Of a stretch of 64,000 nucleotides of DNA, positions 8,818-18,583 are shown in pieces. Under the pieces are notes generated by a model. That model was given only the letters and a program-made list of their open reading frames with translations, had not been told where the DNA came from and ran no database searches. Source of the DNA: a virus; IMG/VR virus record IMGVR_UViG_3300028859_000017, positions 16,323 to 80,322 of that record, one strand, 5' to 3'. A program made the position numbers and the translations under genes. The stretch's first letter is position 1, and each line of letters begins with the position of its first letter.

Positions 8818-11403
8818 TTAGCTACTAGTTCCAGTATTTATAGTAGTGCCATTGCTTGTAGTAGTTGTAGTTGTTACCGAGGCCCCTGCTGTTGTAGTTG
8901 TTGTAGTAGTGCCATTAGTGCTTGTTGTAGTAGTATTAGAAGATGTTGTTGGATTTTGAACAGCTGAATTTAAAGAGGCAAACTCAGCAAAAGCAGCATC
9001 CATCTGAGTTTTCAAAGACCCTGTCAGTAAAGTGCTAGTTAAAACCTGAGCTTGAGATTGAGTTGTAGATGAATAACTACTAGTATTAGTAGCAGGTACT
9101 GTAAGTTTAGAATTTCCCTGAGAAGACAGGCTCTCTAAGTTTACAGTCATTATATCATCTATAAGAGATGTATAATTATCAGAAGTAGTGGTTGAACTAG
9201 AGGAAGTTAATATGCTACTATAACTTTGAGTAGCTGTATTAGATACGTCATTAGGAACTTTAACTGCTCGTATTTCAGTTGTATAATCTCCTAAAGAAAT
9301 TCTATGTATAACAGTTTGAGGAAAATAAACACCACTAACCATTGGATTAAACTTAAAAGAAACTCCATCAGAAGTTGGATAATAGTTTATTATTTCAAAA
9401 ACCCCAATACCCTGTCTCAATAAATACGGGTCACCTAATACAGTCATACCAATAGTTAGTGGATACTGTAAAAAAGTACCTAATCGTTCAGATAATTTAT
9501 CATAAGAAAATTTATAAATGTTATTAGCATTAAAATAAGACTTATTAGCCCCTACTCCAGCAGTTAGAATAGCATCACTATCTCCAGCATATAGTTTTCT
9601 ATCTGCTAATCCTTTTTTAAATCTTCCTTTAATTACTTTGAATTTTTTCATTAAAGAAGTTCTCCAAATCTCTAAAGCTTGTTCAGGAGTTACATTAGCT
9701 GTATTTATTCCCAGTCCTTGTAATTTCTTTATAATAGTAGCTGTTGTGAGAGCTGATTGAGAAGAACTTGACACTTTATTTAAAGATAGTTTTACAGTAC
9801 CATTAGTGGCATTTATAGGAACGCCATCTTGTCTGGCGAATACTTCTTCATCATAATTATTTTTCATTACGGCTATATAATCATTAAAATTTAGTGTTAA
9901 ATCTAATACTTCACCTACAGTATTAGAGATTCCAGAAGCACCATATGAGTTATTTATTTGGGCTAATCGTTGAAATACATTTTCTCCGCCACCATAAAAA
10001 TACGGTATAGACGACCCTCCTGGACCATATATTACAGGTAAATTAGCTGCCATTATTGAAATATCTTCTGTATATTTAGGCAACATAACAAAAGCACCCG
10101 TATTTGTTAAATCACTAGATTGTAAATATACATTATTAGATGAAGTATATATATTTGCTGGAAAATAAGGCACCCAAATTAAAATACAACAATTAGCTAA
10201 TTTTACAGCATTACTATTTAACTGAGTTATATCAGATATTTTTTGAATACTGCTATCATTTTTGAATTGCTGTCGTAAAGCTGTTATATTAGCTGTGGCA
10301 CTGGAAGCATCTGATATAGCTGTATTTAAATTAGCGTTATTTACTGGATACCATCTACAATAAATATACTCTAATAATTCATTTATAGTATTTTCTAAAT
10401 TATTAGAATTTATTCTTAATGGGGCAGACTGAGGATTAACGAAAAAAGTTTCATTATAATATTGAGAAGAGGTAGATGAAGAAGTAGAAATTCCACTAGA
10501 GGTATTACTTGAGTTAGAGCCTAACTGTAATAAATCATCTAATGTAAATAATCGTAATCCTATAACTTTTTCTATAAGTAGTCTCAATTGTTGCTGAGGA
10601 TAATCTGATAATATTCCCAATGTAGCACTTGAATTTTGTAAACAGGCAGACCCAGCATCCTGTAATGTTAGAGTAAATTCAGAACCCATAGTTTTTCCAG
10701 GGTCTGTCATTTGTATATTAGTTACTAAAAAAGACATCATTGGAGAACGTATCTGTGTACCTGTAGTAGTACCGTCAGCAATATTCCAGCCAACTTTAAT
10801 TTCACAGACCGGTAATCCTGGAGTGGTATCTGATATATCTGAAGATTGGTCATTTAATCCGTCTGTTATAAAAGCTAATAATTCAATTGGGGTTCTACTA
10901 AAAAGTTTTAAGGTGCCTGTAATGGTATTATTAACACCTCCCATAGGCATAGATAATTCTAAATCTTCAAATAATACTTCTATTTGTAAAGAATTAAAAT
11001 AATTATCTGGAGAGATATCAACCCCAGATACATTTGCTTGTGGTATTAATGGAACAGCCTTTGCTCCATTTAAATATATTTCGGTGTATGGTACCCTAGT
11101 ATTATAGGTAGGTAATACTGGGTTTACTGTAGAAGAGGTAGTTAGAGCAGACTGAGTTGCTGCTTGTGCTGCTTCTGAACCCATTAGAGAAGTTAATAAT
11201 GTATTTATAGCATTAATGTTATTAGTTCTAACTGTCTGTAATGTAGAGGTTAAATTTGTAGATGAAGTATTAGTAGAAGTAACATCAGTTCCGATTACTT
11301 GTTGATTATTGCTTACAAAATTTTTATAAAATGTCTGTAAAGCAGCTAAAGCAGTTGCTGAAGTAACTTGAGAGGAAGAATCACTAGAAGAAGTTGTTGC
11401 CAT
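8818..11403 (-). CDS. baseplate hub protein (gp27/GpD-like)
   Basis: IKVGW, C-terminal MTVLGDPYL...SGVYF...VIHRI...DYTTEI signature of contractile-tail hub proteins; Thr-rich tail. Confidence 0.7.
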   Translation of the reverse strand: MATTSSSDSSSQVTSATALAALQTFYKNFVSNNQQVIGTDVTSTNTSSTNLTSTLQTVRTNNINAINTLLTSLMGSEAAQAATQSALTTSSTVNPVLPTYNTRVPYTEIYLNGAKAVPLIPQANVSGVDISPDNYFNSLQIEVLFEDLELSMPMGGVNNTITGTLKLFSRTPIELLAFITDGLNDQSSDISDTTPGLPVCEIKVGWNIADGTTTGTQIRSPMMSFLVTNIQMTDPGKTMGSEFTLTLQDAGSACLQNSSATLGILSDYPQQQLRLLIEKVIGLRLFTLDDLLQLGSNSSNTSSGISTSSSTSSQYYNETFFVNPQSAPLRINSNNLENTINELLEYIYCRWYPVNNANLNTAISDASSATANITALRQQFKNDSSIQKISDITQLNSNAVKLANCCILIWVPYFPANIYTSSNNVYLQSSDLTNTGAFVMLPKYTEDISIMAANLPVIYGPGGSSIPYFYGGGENVFQRLAQINNSYGASGISNTVGEVLDLTLNFNDYIAVMKNNYDEEVFARQDGVPINATNGTVKLSLNKVSSSSQSALTTATIIKKLQGLGINTANVTPEQALEIWRTSLMKKFKVIKGRFKKGLADRKLYAGDSDAILTAGVGANKSYFNANNIYKFSYDKLSERLGTFLQYPLTIGMTVLGDPYLLRQGIGVFEIINYYPTSDGVSFKFNPMVSGVYFPQTVIHRISLGDYTTEIRAVKVPNDVSNTATQSYSSILTSSSSTTTSDNYTSLIDDIMTVNLESLSSQGNSKLTVPATNTSSYSSTTQSQAQVLTSTLLTGSLKTQMDAAFAEFASLNSAVQNPTTSSNTTTTSTNGTTTTTTTAGASVTTTTTTSNGTTINTGTSS

Positions 11404-11408
11404 AAATA

Positions 11409-12728
11409 TTAACTTCCTAACGCTTTAGATATACGTGAGCCATAATTTTTATTAATAGTAGTTTGTACAACTGCTGTTAATCCTGAAGTTATGCTGCCCA
11501 AAGCAGCTATAGATTGTGAGTTATTAGCTGTAGTTGGTAACCCTAAATTCTGTAAATACTGTGCTGTATTAAACTGTCCTGACTGAGTAATTACTGTTCC
11601 AACACCTCCAGCAGTTCCTACCACAGAATATGTTATTTCTCCAGTAGAATCATCATAGGTAGCTGTAGAATTTCCAGCAAAAAAATCAGGAGAAGTTAAT
11701 ACTGGATTAAAGGAAGTATTATACTCACCTAATGTAGAGGAGTTAGTTTGCTCTATTCCTCCATTAAATCCATAATCAACAATATCCTCAGCATATTGAA
11801 CTGAATTTTGTTGGCTAGTTACTGTAAAATTAAATGTGACATAATAAATATAGGGAGAATGTGATAATAAAGAAGAAGAGCCAGACGAGGTTGAGGAGGT
11901 TACTGGAACATACCAAGGACCTTGAAAATCTATTGACATACTAGTGGTTATACAACGTAAAGCTTTCCAATTACCTATTTTAACTTTTACAGGTGAAGGC
12001 ATAAAATGATTTTTTGAAGGAGTTACCAAGGCAAATAATTGTTTTTCTAAATTTATATTTTCTGATAGTTGACCAGCACTGTCTGCAAAAAAAGTACCTG
12101 CTAAGGAAAAAGTTACTGGACTAGAAGAAGCAAAGATTTGAACTGGCTCTGGTCTGCCATAAAAATCTTTTTGATTCCAGTTAGCTGATTTTGAAAAAGA
12201 AATACTATCAGGTGTAGACTGAAATAAAATATACAAAGGAGAAGGTGAAGTAGTTGTGGAAGTATTACTAGTTCCTGCTAAGTTAAATTCAGTTTGTATA
12301 ACTATTGGAATAAAAGTAGAAGATATTTTAAAATTTTGATTATTTATAGAATCAGATGTAGTGGTGGAATTACCCGATTTTATAAAATTGATAACCCCAT
12401 TTATTATTGAACCAGTACTTCCGCTAACTGTTCCATTTCTACTTAAATAGGTTCCTAATTGAAAATCGGCAATTTCTGATACACTAGTCTTAAATCCAAT
12501 AGGTAAGGCAGCTAAGGCACCTGAAGCCACACCAGCACTAACTCCAGTTCCTAGTGTTGGAGAACTTGATGTTAGGTTACTATAATATCCAGAACTCTGC
12601 TGGGTAATACTTGATGGAGAGTTACTTGGTGTAGCTGTGGCTTGTAAGTCTGTTGCTGCTGTAGTAGAAGAGATGGCAGCAGAGGAAGTAGTTGACGAAG
12701 CTGCTACAGAAATATAACTATCAGACAT
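11409..12728 (-). CDS. tail-tube initiator/baseplate protein (gp48/gp54-like, CIS tube-type)
   Basis: FQSTPDSISFSKSANW...GRPEPVQIF...PSPVKVKIG...ITTSMSI; directly downstream of sheath. Confidence 0.7.
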   Translation of the reverse strand: MSDSYISVAASSTTSSAAISSTTAATDLQATATPSNSPSSITQQSSGYYSNLTSSSPTLGTGVSAGVASGALAALPIGFKTSVSEIADFQLGTYLSRNGTVSGSTGSIINGVINFIKSGNSTTTSDSINNQNFKISSTFIPIVIQTEFNLAGTSNTSTTTSPSPLYILFQSTPDSISFSKSANWNQKDFYGRPEPVQIFASSSPVTFSLAGTFFADSAGQLSENINLEKQLFALVTPSKNHFMPSPVKVKIGNWKALRCITTSMSIDFQGPWYVPVTSSTSSGSSSLLSHSPYIYYVTFNFTVTSQQNSVQYAEDIVDYGFNGGIEQTNSSTLGEYNTSFNPVLTSPDFFAGNSTATYDDSTGEITYSVVGTAGGVGTVITQSGQFNTAQYLQNLGLPTTANNSQSIAALGSITSGLTAVVQTTINKNYGSRISKALGS

Positions 12729-12752
12729 ACAATATCCTTATAAAGTTAATTC

Positions 12753-12788
12753 AAAAAAAATAAAGGACCTAAAATATAAGGTCCTTTA
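12753..12788 (-). terminator. intrinsic terminator after tail sheath
   Basis: TAAAGGACCT-N8-AGGTCCTTTA hairpin followed by a T8 tract on minus. Confidence 0.85.
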
Positions 12789-12808
12789 CATTTAACTATA
12801 ATAAGCTA

Positions 12809-15511
12809 TTAAGAAGTTGAAGAAACAGTAGTAGTAGATGAGGTAAGACCAGTTTGTGGCATAACTTGGAAGGTCTCCACAATTATTTCTGCTGCTAAAG
12901 TTGGAACAATACTAATTACCATTGCTAACTGGTTATTTGATAATACTAGGGCAGTATTAACATCTGGACCTACATCAATAGTGTAAGACTGTATAGCTCC
13001 TGCTTTAAGTTTAGCACTTAGTAAGGTATCAGCAACTTGCTTTAGCTGATAGGCTGTAGTAGAATTACCTGGCTGGAATTCAAAAGTAACTGAAGCAGTA
13101 GCAATGACTTTACGAAGATTAAGTAGCATTCGTCTAACATTTACTCTATCTAAAGCAGTACTTGCAGTTTGTAAGGTTGCTTGACCCTTAATATAAATGC
13201 CATAAGAAGGTTCATTAACAATAGGGTTAATACCAGCCAAAGCTAAGGCATCTCTATCCCCCTGAGAGAACTTTCTTTCTGTTGATAGGGCATCAGTTAA
13301 CATACCACGATTAATACCTGCTGGAGCATAATATACATCAGCAACATTATCATTATATGCATACTGTCCTGCTACCATTCCAGAAGGTGGAACATACACA
13401 TTCTTACTATTAACAGAATCTGCTATCTTAATCCATGGATAATACATAGCAGCATAAGAGCTATTTATATTTGCTATATTATTACGATAAGAAATTACTT
13501 CCTGTACAGTTAGTCCAAAAGGAGTATCTATAATAGCTATAGAGTCACCACGAGCAGCACAGATAGTTACCATAGCAGCAGAAACACCTGGATCAGCAGA
13601 CCAACCTGGAGCAACTAATATATTTATATCAATTGTACCAGCATTATTAAAAGAGTATAATCCAGTGGAAACACCATCACCTATAATATCATAAGAGGTT
13701 ATGGCAGAACCCACAGAACCACCCAGTAAAAATCCAGTTAATGATTTATTATAACCACTAGTAGTTGATATATAATTTGTTCCACTTGTAATTCCAGAAC
13801 TAGTTTCAGAAAGCAGGAAACCAGGAGTCCAAGTTAAATTATCGCCATTATTTGTTAATGTACCAGTAGTAATATTTAGAATATCAACTGTAGTATAATC
13901 TATTTTTAGAAGGGCTATTCTAGATGAAGAGGCCATCTGAGATTGAATATTCTCTATAGTACCATAGTAAGATTCCTTTAAAGTAAAATCAGAGAGTCTT
14001 ACTGATGAAGTGGATATAGAGGAAGAAGCAGTTCTAGAATATATATTGACAGTGTAGTTTTGTTCACTAGTGCTGGTAATATCCCCAGCAACCATACTTA
14101 AAGTAATTGAAGTATCTGAATCATCAGTTTCTCCTAGACTTGTAAACTTAATAACAGTTGGTACATAAGAACTACCTGAAGTCACCATACTCCAACTTGG
14201 TCTATAATAACCAACAGCAAAAGTTCCAGTAAGAATCTGGTCTGTAGAAACTATATGAGAACTAACTGCTAAGGTTTGTGTTGAGTATTTAAATACTCCA
14301 GAAAATCCTGCTACTAATGAAGCCAGTCTAAGTTGCAGAATGTTTCCATTAGCATCTAAGTTAGTAGTTACAGCACTAAATCCCTCAGAGTTACCTCCTG
14401 AAGTTATTGAGCCAATACCATATACTGTAGAGGAAGGTAGCAAAGTTCTGCAGTTATTATAGAATAATAAACTGTTAGGAGAACCAGAAGTGGGAGCTGT
14501 AGTAGAGTTAACTAAAGCCAGTAAAGCAGTTAATGTAGCATTAAGTATTGCGAGAGTATTTGCATTATTTCCAGAAACTGTGGGATCAAAAATAGGAACT
14601 TCTATATTATAAGAAGTAACTGTGCCTGTTGAAGGAGTAACTGATAGTAGACTTTCTAAATCAGAATTACTAAAAGTGCCTGCCTGAACATGCTCTAGTA
14701 AAGTAGTTCCGCTAGCTGAAGTATATACTAAATTTATAGGAACACTAGTAGAGGTTAAACCTACAGTAATGAGACCAGTTCCTGTAGAAGGTGCTGTCCA
14801 AGTAGTAGGAACAGCTAAGGCAATAGTTCCACTAGGAAGAGCAGTAGCAGGAGAATTAGAAGATGCAAAGGCACTTAATGAAAGTGATACCTGTGGGATA
14901 GAGCCAGATACTCCTACTCCAGTTATAGTTGGAGTAGTATTTTTTCCTGCACCTGTTAAAATAGTAAATGGAACACCTAGAACAGGAGAGTTAGCCCCCA
15001 AAGTAGCTAGGGTAGAAAAATCTGAACCTAACTTTCCATTAGCATGTGCTGTATTAGTAGTATCAGTTGGGTCGAAATAAGGTATTGAAGTATCAGCAGG
15101 TAAGACTATAGTGCATCCAGGACCAGAAACTGTTGGTAAGTCAGCTAGATTAAAGGTAAGAGTAGAGCTAGTTTGTCCAGCTAATGTCCAAGTTCCAGTA
15201 TATTGAGTATATCCTTGTGGTAAAAACATAGCTTCAGAAGCATAGGAAGCTGTGCTAGAGGCTACCCGAGTAACCCATAACATAGTGCCCTGTTCTAAAT
15301 AAGCCATGGCAGCATAACCCATATAATCCGATGGATCAACTTTACCAAAAGTGCTTACAAATTCAGCCTGAGTAGTTATTAAGGTTGGGGAATTTGTTGG
15401 ACCAGAGCTAGCAGTTCCAACCATACCCACAATAGTAGTTGATAAGTCTGATACATAGGCTGATAAATCTAATTCGACAGTATATACACCAGGTGATACG
15501 TAAGTGCTCAT
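12809..15511 (-). CDS. gp18: tail sheath protein
   Basis: MSTYVSPGVYTVELD, VGTASSGPTN, INILVAPG, YAAMYYPW, VPPSG, APAG..RG, INPI, RVNVRR. Confidence 0.96.
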   Translation of the reverse strand: MSTYVSPGVYTVELDLSAYVSDLSTTIVGMVGTASSGPTNSPTLITTQAEFVSTFGKVDPSDYMGYAAMAYLEQGTMLWVTRVASSTASYASEAMFLPQGYTQYTGTWTLAGQTSSTLTFNLADLPTVSGPGCTIVLPADTSIPYFDPTDTTNTAHANGKLGSDFSTLATLGANSPVLGVPFTILTGAGKNTTPTITGVGVSGSIPQVSLSLSAFASSNSPATALPSGTIALAVPTTWTAPSTGTGLITVGLTSTSVPINLVYTSASGTTLLEHVQAGTFSNSDLESLLSVTPSTGTVTSYNIEVPIFDPTVSGNNANTLAILNATLTALLALVNSTTAPTSGSPNSLLFYNNCRTLLPSSTVYGIGSITSGGNSEGFSAVTTNLDANGNILQLRLASLVAGFSGVFKYSTQTLAVSSHIVSTDQILTGTFAVGYYRPSWSMVTSGSSYVPTVIKFTSLGETDDSDTSITLSMVAGDITSTSEQNYTVNIYSRTASSSISTSSVRLSDFTLKESYYGTIENIQSQMASSSRIALLKIDYTTVDILNITTGTLTNNGDNLTWTPGFLLSETSSGITSGTNYISTTSGYNKSLTGFLLGGSVGSAITSYDIIGDGVSTGLYSFNNAGTIDINILVAPGWSADPGVSAAMVTICAARGDSIAIIDTPFGLTVQEVISYRNNIANINSSYAAMYYPWIKIADSVNSKNVYVPPSGMVAGQYAYNDNVADVYYAPAGINRGMLTDALSTERKFSQGDRDALALAGINPIVNEPSYGIYIKGQATLQTASTALDRVNVRRMLLNLRKVIATASVTFEFQPGNSTTAYQLKQVADTLLSAKLKAGAIQSYTIDVGPDVNTALVLSNNQLAMVISIVPTLAAEIIVETFQVMPQTGLTSSTTTVSSTS

Positions 15512-15641
15512 AGTTCTAACCTTTACAAAATATTACTAAATAAACCTCTGATAAACCACTAACTATAAATTAATTACATATTATATTTCACAAGACTTTT
15601 TAAACTTTTTTATTGTATTGTGTTATTTTTTATTGACATAT

Positions 15642-15680
15642 AAAAATATTGCTACAAACATATTATCATTTGTAGCAATA
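15642..15680 (-). terminator. intrinsic terminator after tail tube gene
   Basis: TATTGCTACAAA-N10-TTTGTAGCAATA followed by a T tract on minus. Confidence 0.8.
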
Positions 15681-15689
15681 GCTGTATTA

Positions 15690-15760
15690 TTTATGTGGCA
15701 TTTTTCTAAAGCTGTTAAAAACTCAAACTGTTTATCAGCCAAATTCACTATATAATTCTT
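15690..15760 (-). pseudogene. degenerate N-terminal remnant of a zinc-repeat homing endonuclease
   Basis: Translates as VNLADKQFEFLTALEKC, resembling DITGQKFNRLLALEP and DLVNKKFGRLTALN of 19752..20822 and 60296..61330. Confidence 0.4.
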
Positions 15761-15763
15761 TCA

Positions 15764-16255
15764 TTAAGAAGTAGTTATAGTCACTTCATCTACAGCTAAT
15801 ACTAAAGTGATTTCCTGGTGACCATCTTTATCTTCCCAGCTTAAATCTTTCCTAGCAAAACTCTTAGGCCAAGCACCAACCAATACCCAAGACTCAACTA
15901 CTGAGTGGTCAGGACCATACATTAGTAAGGTTATATTTTTCTTATAAGCAGAAGGAAAGCCCATTAAAGAAGTAGAGACATCAAAAATAGAAGTATGCCA
16001 AGTTTCAATAGAAGTAAGTGCTGAGCTATCTGTGAAGTCGTAGAACACGCAAGTCACATCACTATAGCTAATTTTGGAACCAGCTACTTTATAGTAAGTA
16101 TGCATTCTATGTATATCAGTCTCTTCTACTGATATTTGTGGTATTGTTACACTCTTACAGGTCAGTCTTAAATTATCGTCTAGTAATAACTCGTACCGGT
16201 TTAAGCGTTTAGGTTCTTGAGTGTTCGCCGTCCAGCCCATTAAACTTGAAGACAT
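15764..16255 (-). CDS. gp19: tail tube protein
   Basis: EPKRLNRYEL, CKSVTIP, VAGSK, YKKNITL..YGP...VESWVLVGAWP..LSW. Confidence 0.93.
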   Translation of the reverse strand: MSSSLMGWTANTQEPKRLNRYELLLDDNLRLTCKSVTIPQISVEETDIHRMHTYYKVAGSKISYSDVTCVFYDFTDSSALTSIETWHTSIFDVSTSLMGFPSAYKKNITLLMYGPDHSVVESWVLVGAWPKSFARKDLSWEDKDGHQEITLVLAVDEVTITTS

Positions 16256-16355
16256 TGTAGTTAACTCCTTAATAATACGTATATCACTTTACTTATTAGT
16301 CTAACACATATAAATTAATTACTTCTTTTATCCTTATATTCTTTAATAAAATTTT

Positions 16356-16442
16356 CTAGCCAACTTTTTCAATTACTGTAAGCCTTCCAAAAATAAAGCC
16401 AATACTAACACAAGTATTTGTTGTAGCTAATCTATCTCCCAT
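16356..16442 (-). pseudogene. 28-codon truncated homing-endonuclease start
   Basis: AAGGA SD, then MGDRLATTNTCVSIGFIFGRLTVIEKVG*; G..FGRLTVI is the start of the zinc-repeat unit found in intact endonucleases here. Confidence 0.6.
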
Positions 16443-16564
16443 TTTGTATTCCTTTTATTCTCCTCTAGTTTCTTTTTATTTGGTATAATTCTTGTGTAGT
16501 GTTCTGGACTAAGTCTACCCTTTATATAGGTAAACAAGGGCTTATGTTTCTTTTTATACTTCAT
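16427..16564 (-). CDS. small basic hypothetical protein, 45 aa (not in ORF track)
   Basis: MKYKKKHKPLFTYIKGRLSPEHYTRIIPNKKKLEENKRNTKWEID; start overlaps upstream gene end, GGAG upstream. Confidence 0.5.
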   Translation of the reverse strand: MKYKKKHKPLFTYIKGRLSPEHYTRIIPNKKKLEENKRNTKWEID

Positions 16565-16823
16565 CAGGCTTTACTCCAACTTTAGCAAATATTACATGAG
16601 CAATTTCCTTGATACTAGATACTGAATAGCCACCAATTGTAAGATAGAATAAATAATCAGTAAACTTACCAACATATGTAAAATTAGTAAATATTTTCCA
16701 TGGATTTATTAATATCACAATATGTAGCAGAATCATAATAGCAAAAGCAGCTGTTGATATAAGTCTTCCAAAACTAGCAGACACATCATCTGAATAAACC
16801 TTACTTAGCCAATTTAAAAACAT
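16554..16823 (-). CDS. small two-TM membrane protein (holin candidate)
   Basis: 89 aa, two hydrophobic helices, S..R motif before the first TM; GGGAG SD. Confidence 0.55.
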   Translation of the reverse strand: MFLNWLSKVYSDDVSASFGRLISTAAFAIMILLHIVILINPWKIFTNFTYVGKFTDYLFYLTIGGYSVSSIKEIAHVIFAKVGVKPDEV

Positions 16824-16832
16824 ATTTACTCC

Positions 16833-17339
16833 CTACATATATTTAATTATAATGCTATCTAATTGGCTATATAGATTCTCAAATGATGAATTATTATCTA
16901 CTATATAATCATAATCAGTAAAGAAATCTAACTCTAATTCTGAAGAGTGGTTCATATTGGTTGCTCCCCTACTAATTCTTACATCCTCATTAGCTACTAT
17001 TCTAATAACAATAAAACCTTCCTCTTTTAATTTAATAAGTTCATTGAGATATCTAGAGTCTGTGATAAATATAGAATTTGTATTACATTTCATTTTATCT
17101 ATTAATTTAGATACCCAAATATCAGATTGCTGTTGTCTAGCCCAATCACCTAAAAATTGTAAAAACACTCTATTTTTTTCTTGTTTAAATCCTAAATTAT
17201 CTTGAACCATATGTAAAATATCGTATATGGGCTCAGCAAATGAGAACAATTCGGCATTTTTAATATAATTATGTTTAATATAAGTAGCAGAAACATCCTT
17301 ACCGCTCCTCATATTTCCAGCAAAGGCTATTTTTATCAT
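16833..17339 (-). CDS. deoxynucleoside monophosphate kinase (T4 gp1-like)
   Basis: P-loop GNMRSGKD, SFAEPI, R..LQ.LG, ITDSRY.NE, HSSE. Confidence 0.92.
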   Translation of the reverse strand: MIKIAFAGNMRSGKDVSATYIKHNYIKNAELFSFAEPIYDILHMVQDNLGFKQEKNRVFLQFLGDWARQQQSDIWVSKLIDKMKCNTNSIFITDSRYLNELIKLKEEGFIVIRIVANEDVRISRGATNMNHSSELELDFFTDYDYIVDNNSSFENLYSQLDSIIIKYM

Positions 17340-18568
17340 ACTGTAATCTCCTCGATATATTGTTCTAAGTTCTTTTCTTCTGTGTATGGAATAATTATTA
17401 GTTTTATATTATTTTCCTTAGCATATTGAACTTTCTCTATATCACGTTGCCTAGCTTTTAAATATTGTTCTTCTGTTTTATGAAAGTAATTTGGATAGAT
17501 ATAATGCTGATAACCATGATATTCAAAGGCTATTTTATGGTCTTCATTATAGCCATCCCATTCATATCTTTTACTATCGTACAAAAACCTTGTTTTAGTC
17601 AGAGTAAAACCAAACTTAGATTCTAATAATTCCTTACATCTAAGTTCTGTCTTAAAGGAAGCACATTCAGGACACCAAGTATTACTATTTTTAATATGGC
17701 CCCAATTAGCTTCCCATTGATGTGTTTCTTTACATTCCCATAATAATTTATTACTATTATCTATATAAGTTGTGGATAACAATTTTCCTTTTTTACTCTT
17801 AGCAAAATTTTGTAGCTCTATAATATCAGGTTTAGCCTTCCTAGCACAAATAGCACACCAGCTATTACTATTTTTAATACTGCCCCAATTGGCTTTCCAC
17901 TCATGTCCTTTTTCACATTTCCATAACATCTTAGTAATATTATTTATATACTCAGTAGAGACTAACTTGCCACCTTTATTTATGGCATATTCTTGTAATT
18001 CAGTTATATTAGGTTTAAGTGAGGAGCACCCAGGACACCAACTTTTTTTATTTTTAATATCTGTCCATTTAGCTTCCCATTGATGCCCTTCCTCACATTC
18101 CCATAACATCTTAGTAATATTATTTATATACTCAGTAGAGACTAACTTGCCACCTTTATTTATGGCATATTCTTGTAATTCAGTTATATTAGGTTTAACA
18201 CTACCTGAACAGTAGGGACACCAACTTTTTTTATTTTTAATATCTGTCCATTTAGCTTCCCATTGATGCCCTTCCTCACATTCCCATAACATTTTAGTCT
18301 TACTATTTATATATTTAATAGATACTAACTTGCCACTTCTGCTTCTAGCAAATTTTTGTAATTCAGTTATATTACATTTTTTAACCTTCCAAGCACAGTA
18401 AGGACACCAACTTCCTTGACGAACACTATTCCAGTTAGCTTCCCATTGATGCTTTTCTTTACATTCCCATGACATTTTTGTGAGAGCATTTATATACTCA
18501 GTAGATATTAACTTACCATCTTTATTAAGGGCAAATTCTTGACATACTTCTAAGTTACACTTTTTCAT
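17336..18568 (-). CDS. zinc-repeat (5 units) endonuclease with C-terminal Vsr/DUF559-like PD-(D/E)XK domain
   Basis: 5x WxCxxxHxW...WCPxC; C-terminal E...EWDGY...IAFEYHGYQH...D..K.....IKLIIIPY. Confidence 0.85.
   Translation of the reverse strand: MKKCNLEVCQEFALNKDGKLISTEYINALTKMSWECKEKHQWEANWNSVRQGSWCPYCAWKVKKCNITELQKFARSRSGKLVSIKYINSKTKMLWECEEGHQWEAKWTDIKNKKSWCPYCSGSVKPNITELQEYAINKGGKLVSTEYINNITKMLWECEEGHQWEAKWTDIKNKKSWCPGCSSLKPNITELQEYAINKGGKLVSTEYINNITKMLWKCEKGHEWKANWGSIKNSNSWCAICARKAKPDIIELQNFAKSKKGKLLSTTYIDNSNKLLWECKETHQWEANWGHIKNSNTWCPECASFKTELRCKELLESKFGFTLTKTRFLYDSKRYEWDGYNEDHKIAFEYHGYQHYIYPNYFHKTEEQYLKARQRDIEKVQYAKENNIKLIIIPYTEEKNLEQYIEEITV
17921..18292. repeat. identical intragenic tandem-repeat segments (period 180-183 bp)
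   Basis: 17921-18018 = 18101-18198 (98 bp) and 18033-18109 = 18216-18292 (77 bp). Confidence 0.9.
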
Positions 18569-18583
18569 ATCACAATATTCCTA

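Noticed and set aside
17921-18292. Repeats as a CRISPR array or DGR template/variable pair
   Set aside because: They are in-frame protein repeats with no spacers, no adenine-specific mismatches and no reverse transcriptase in the window
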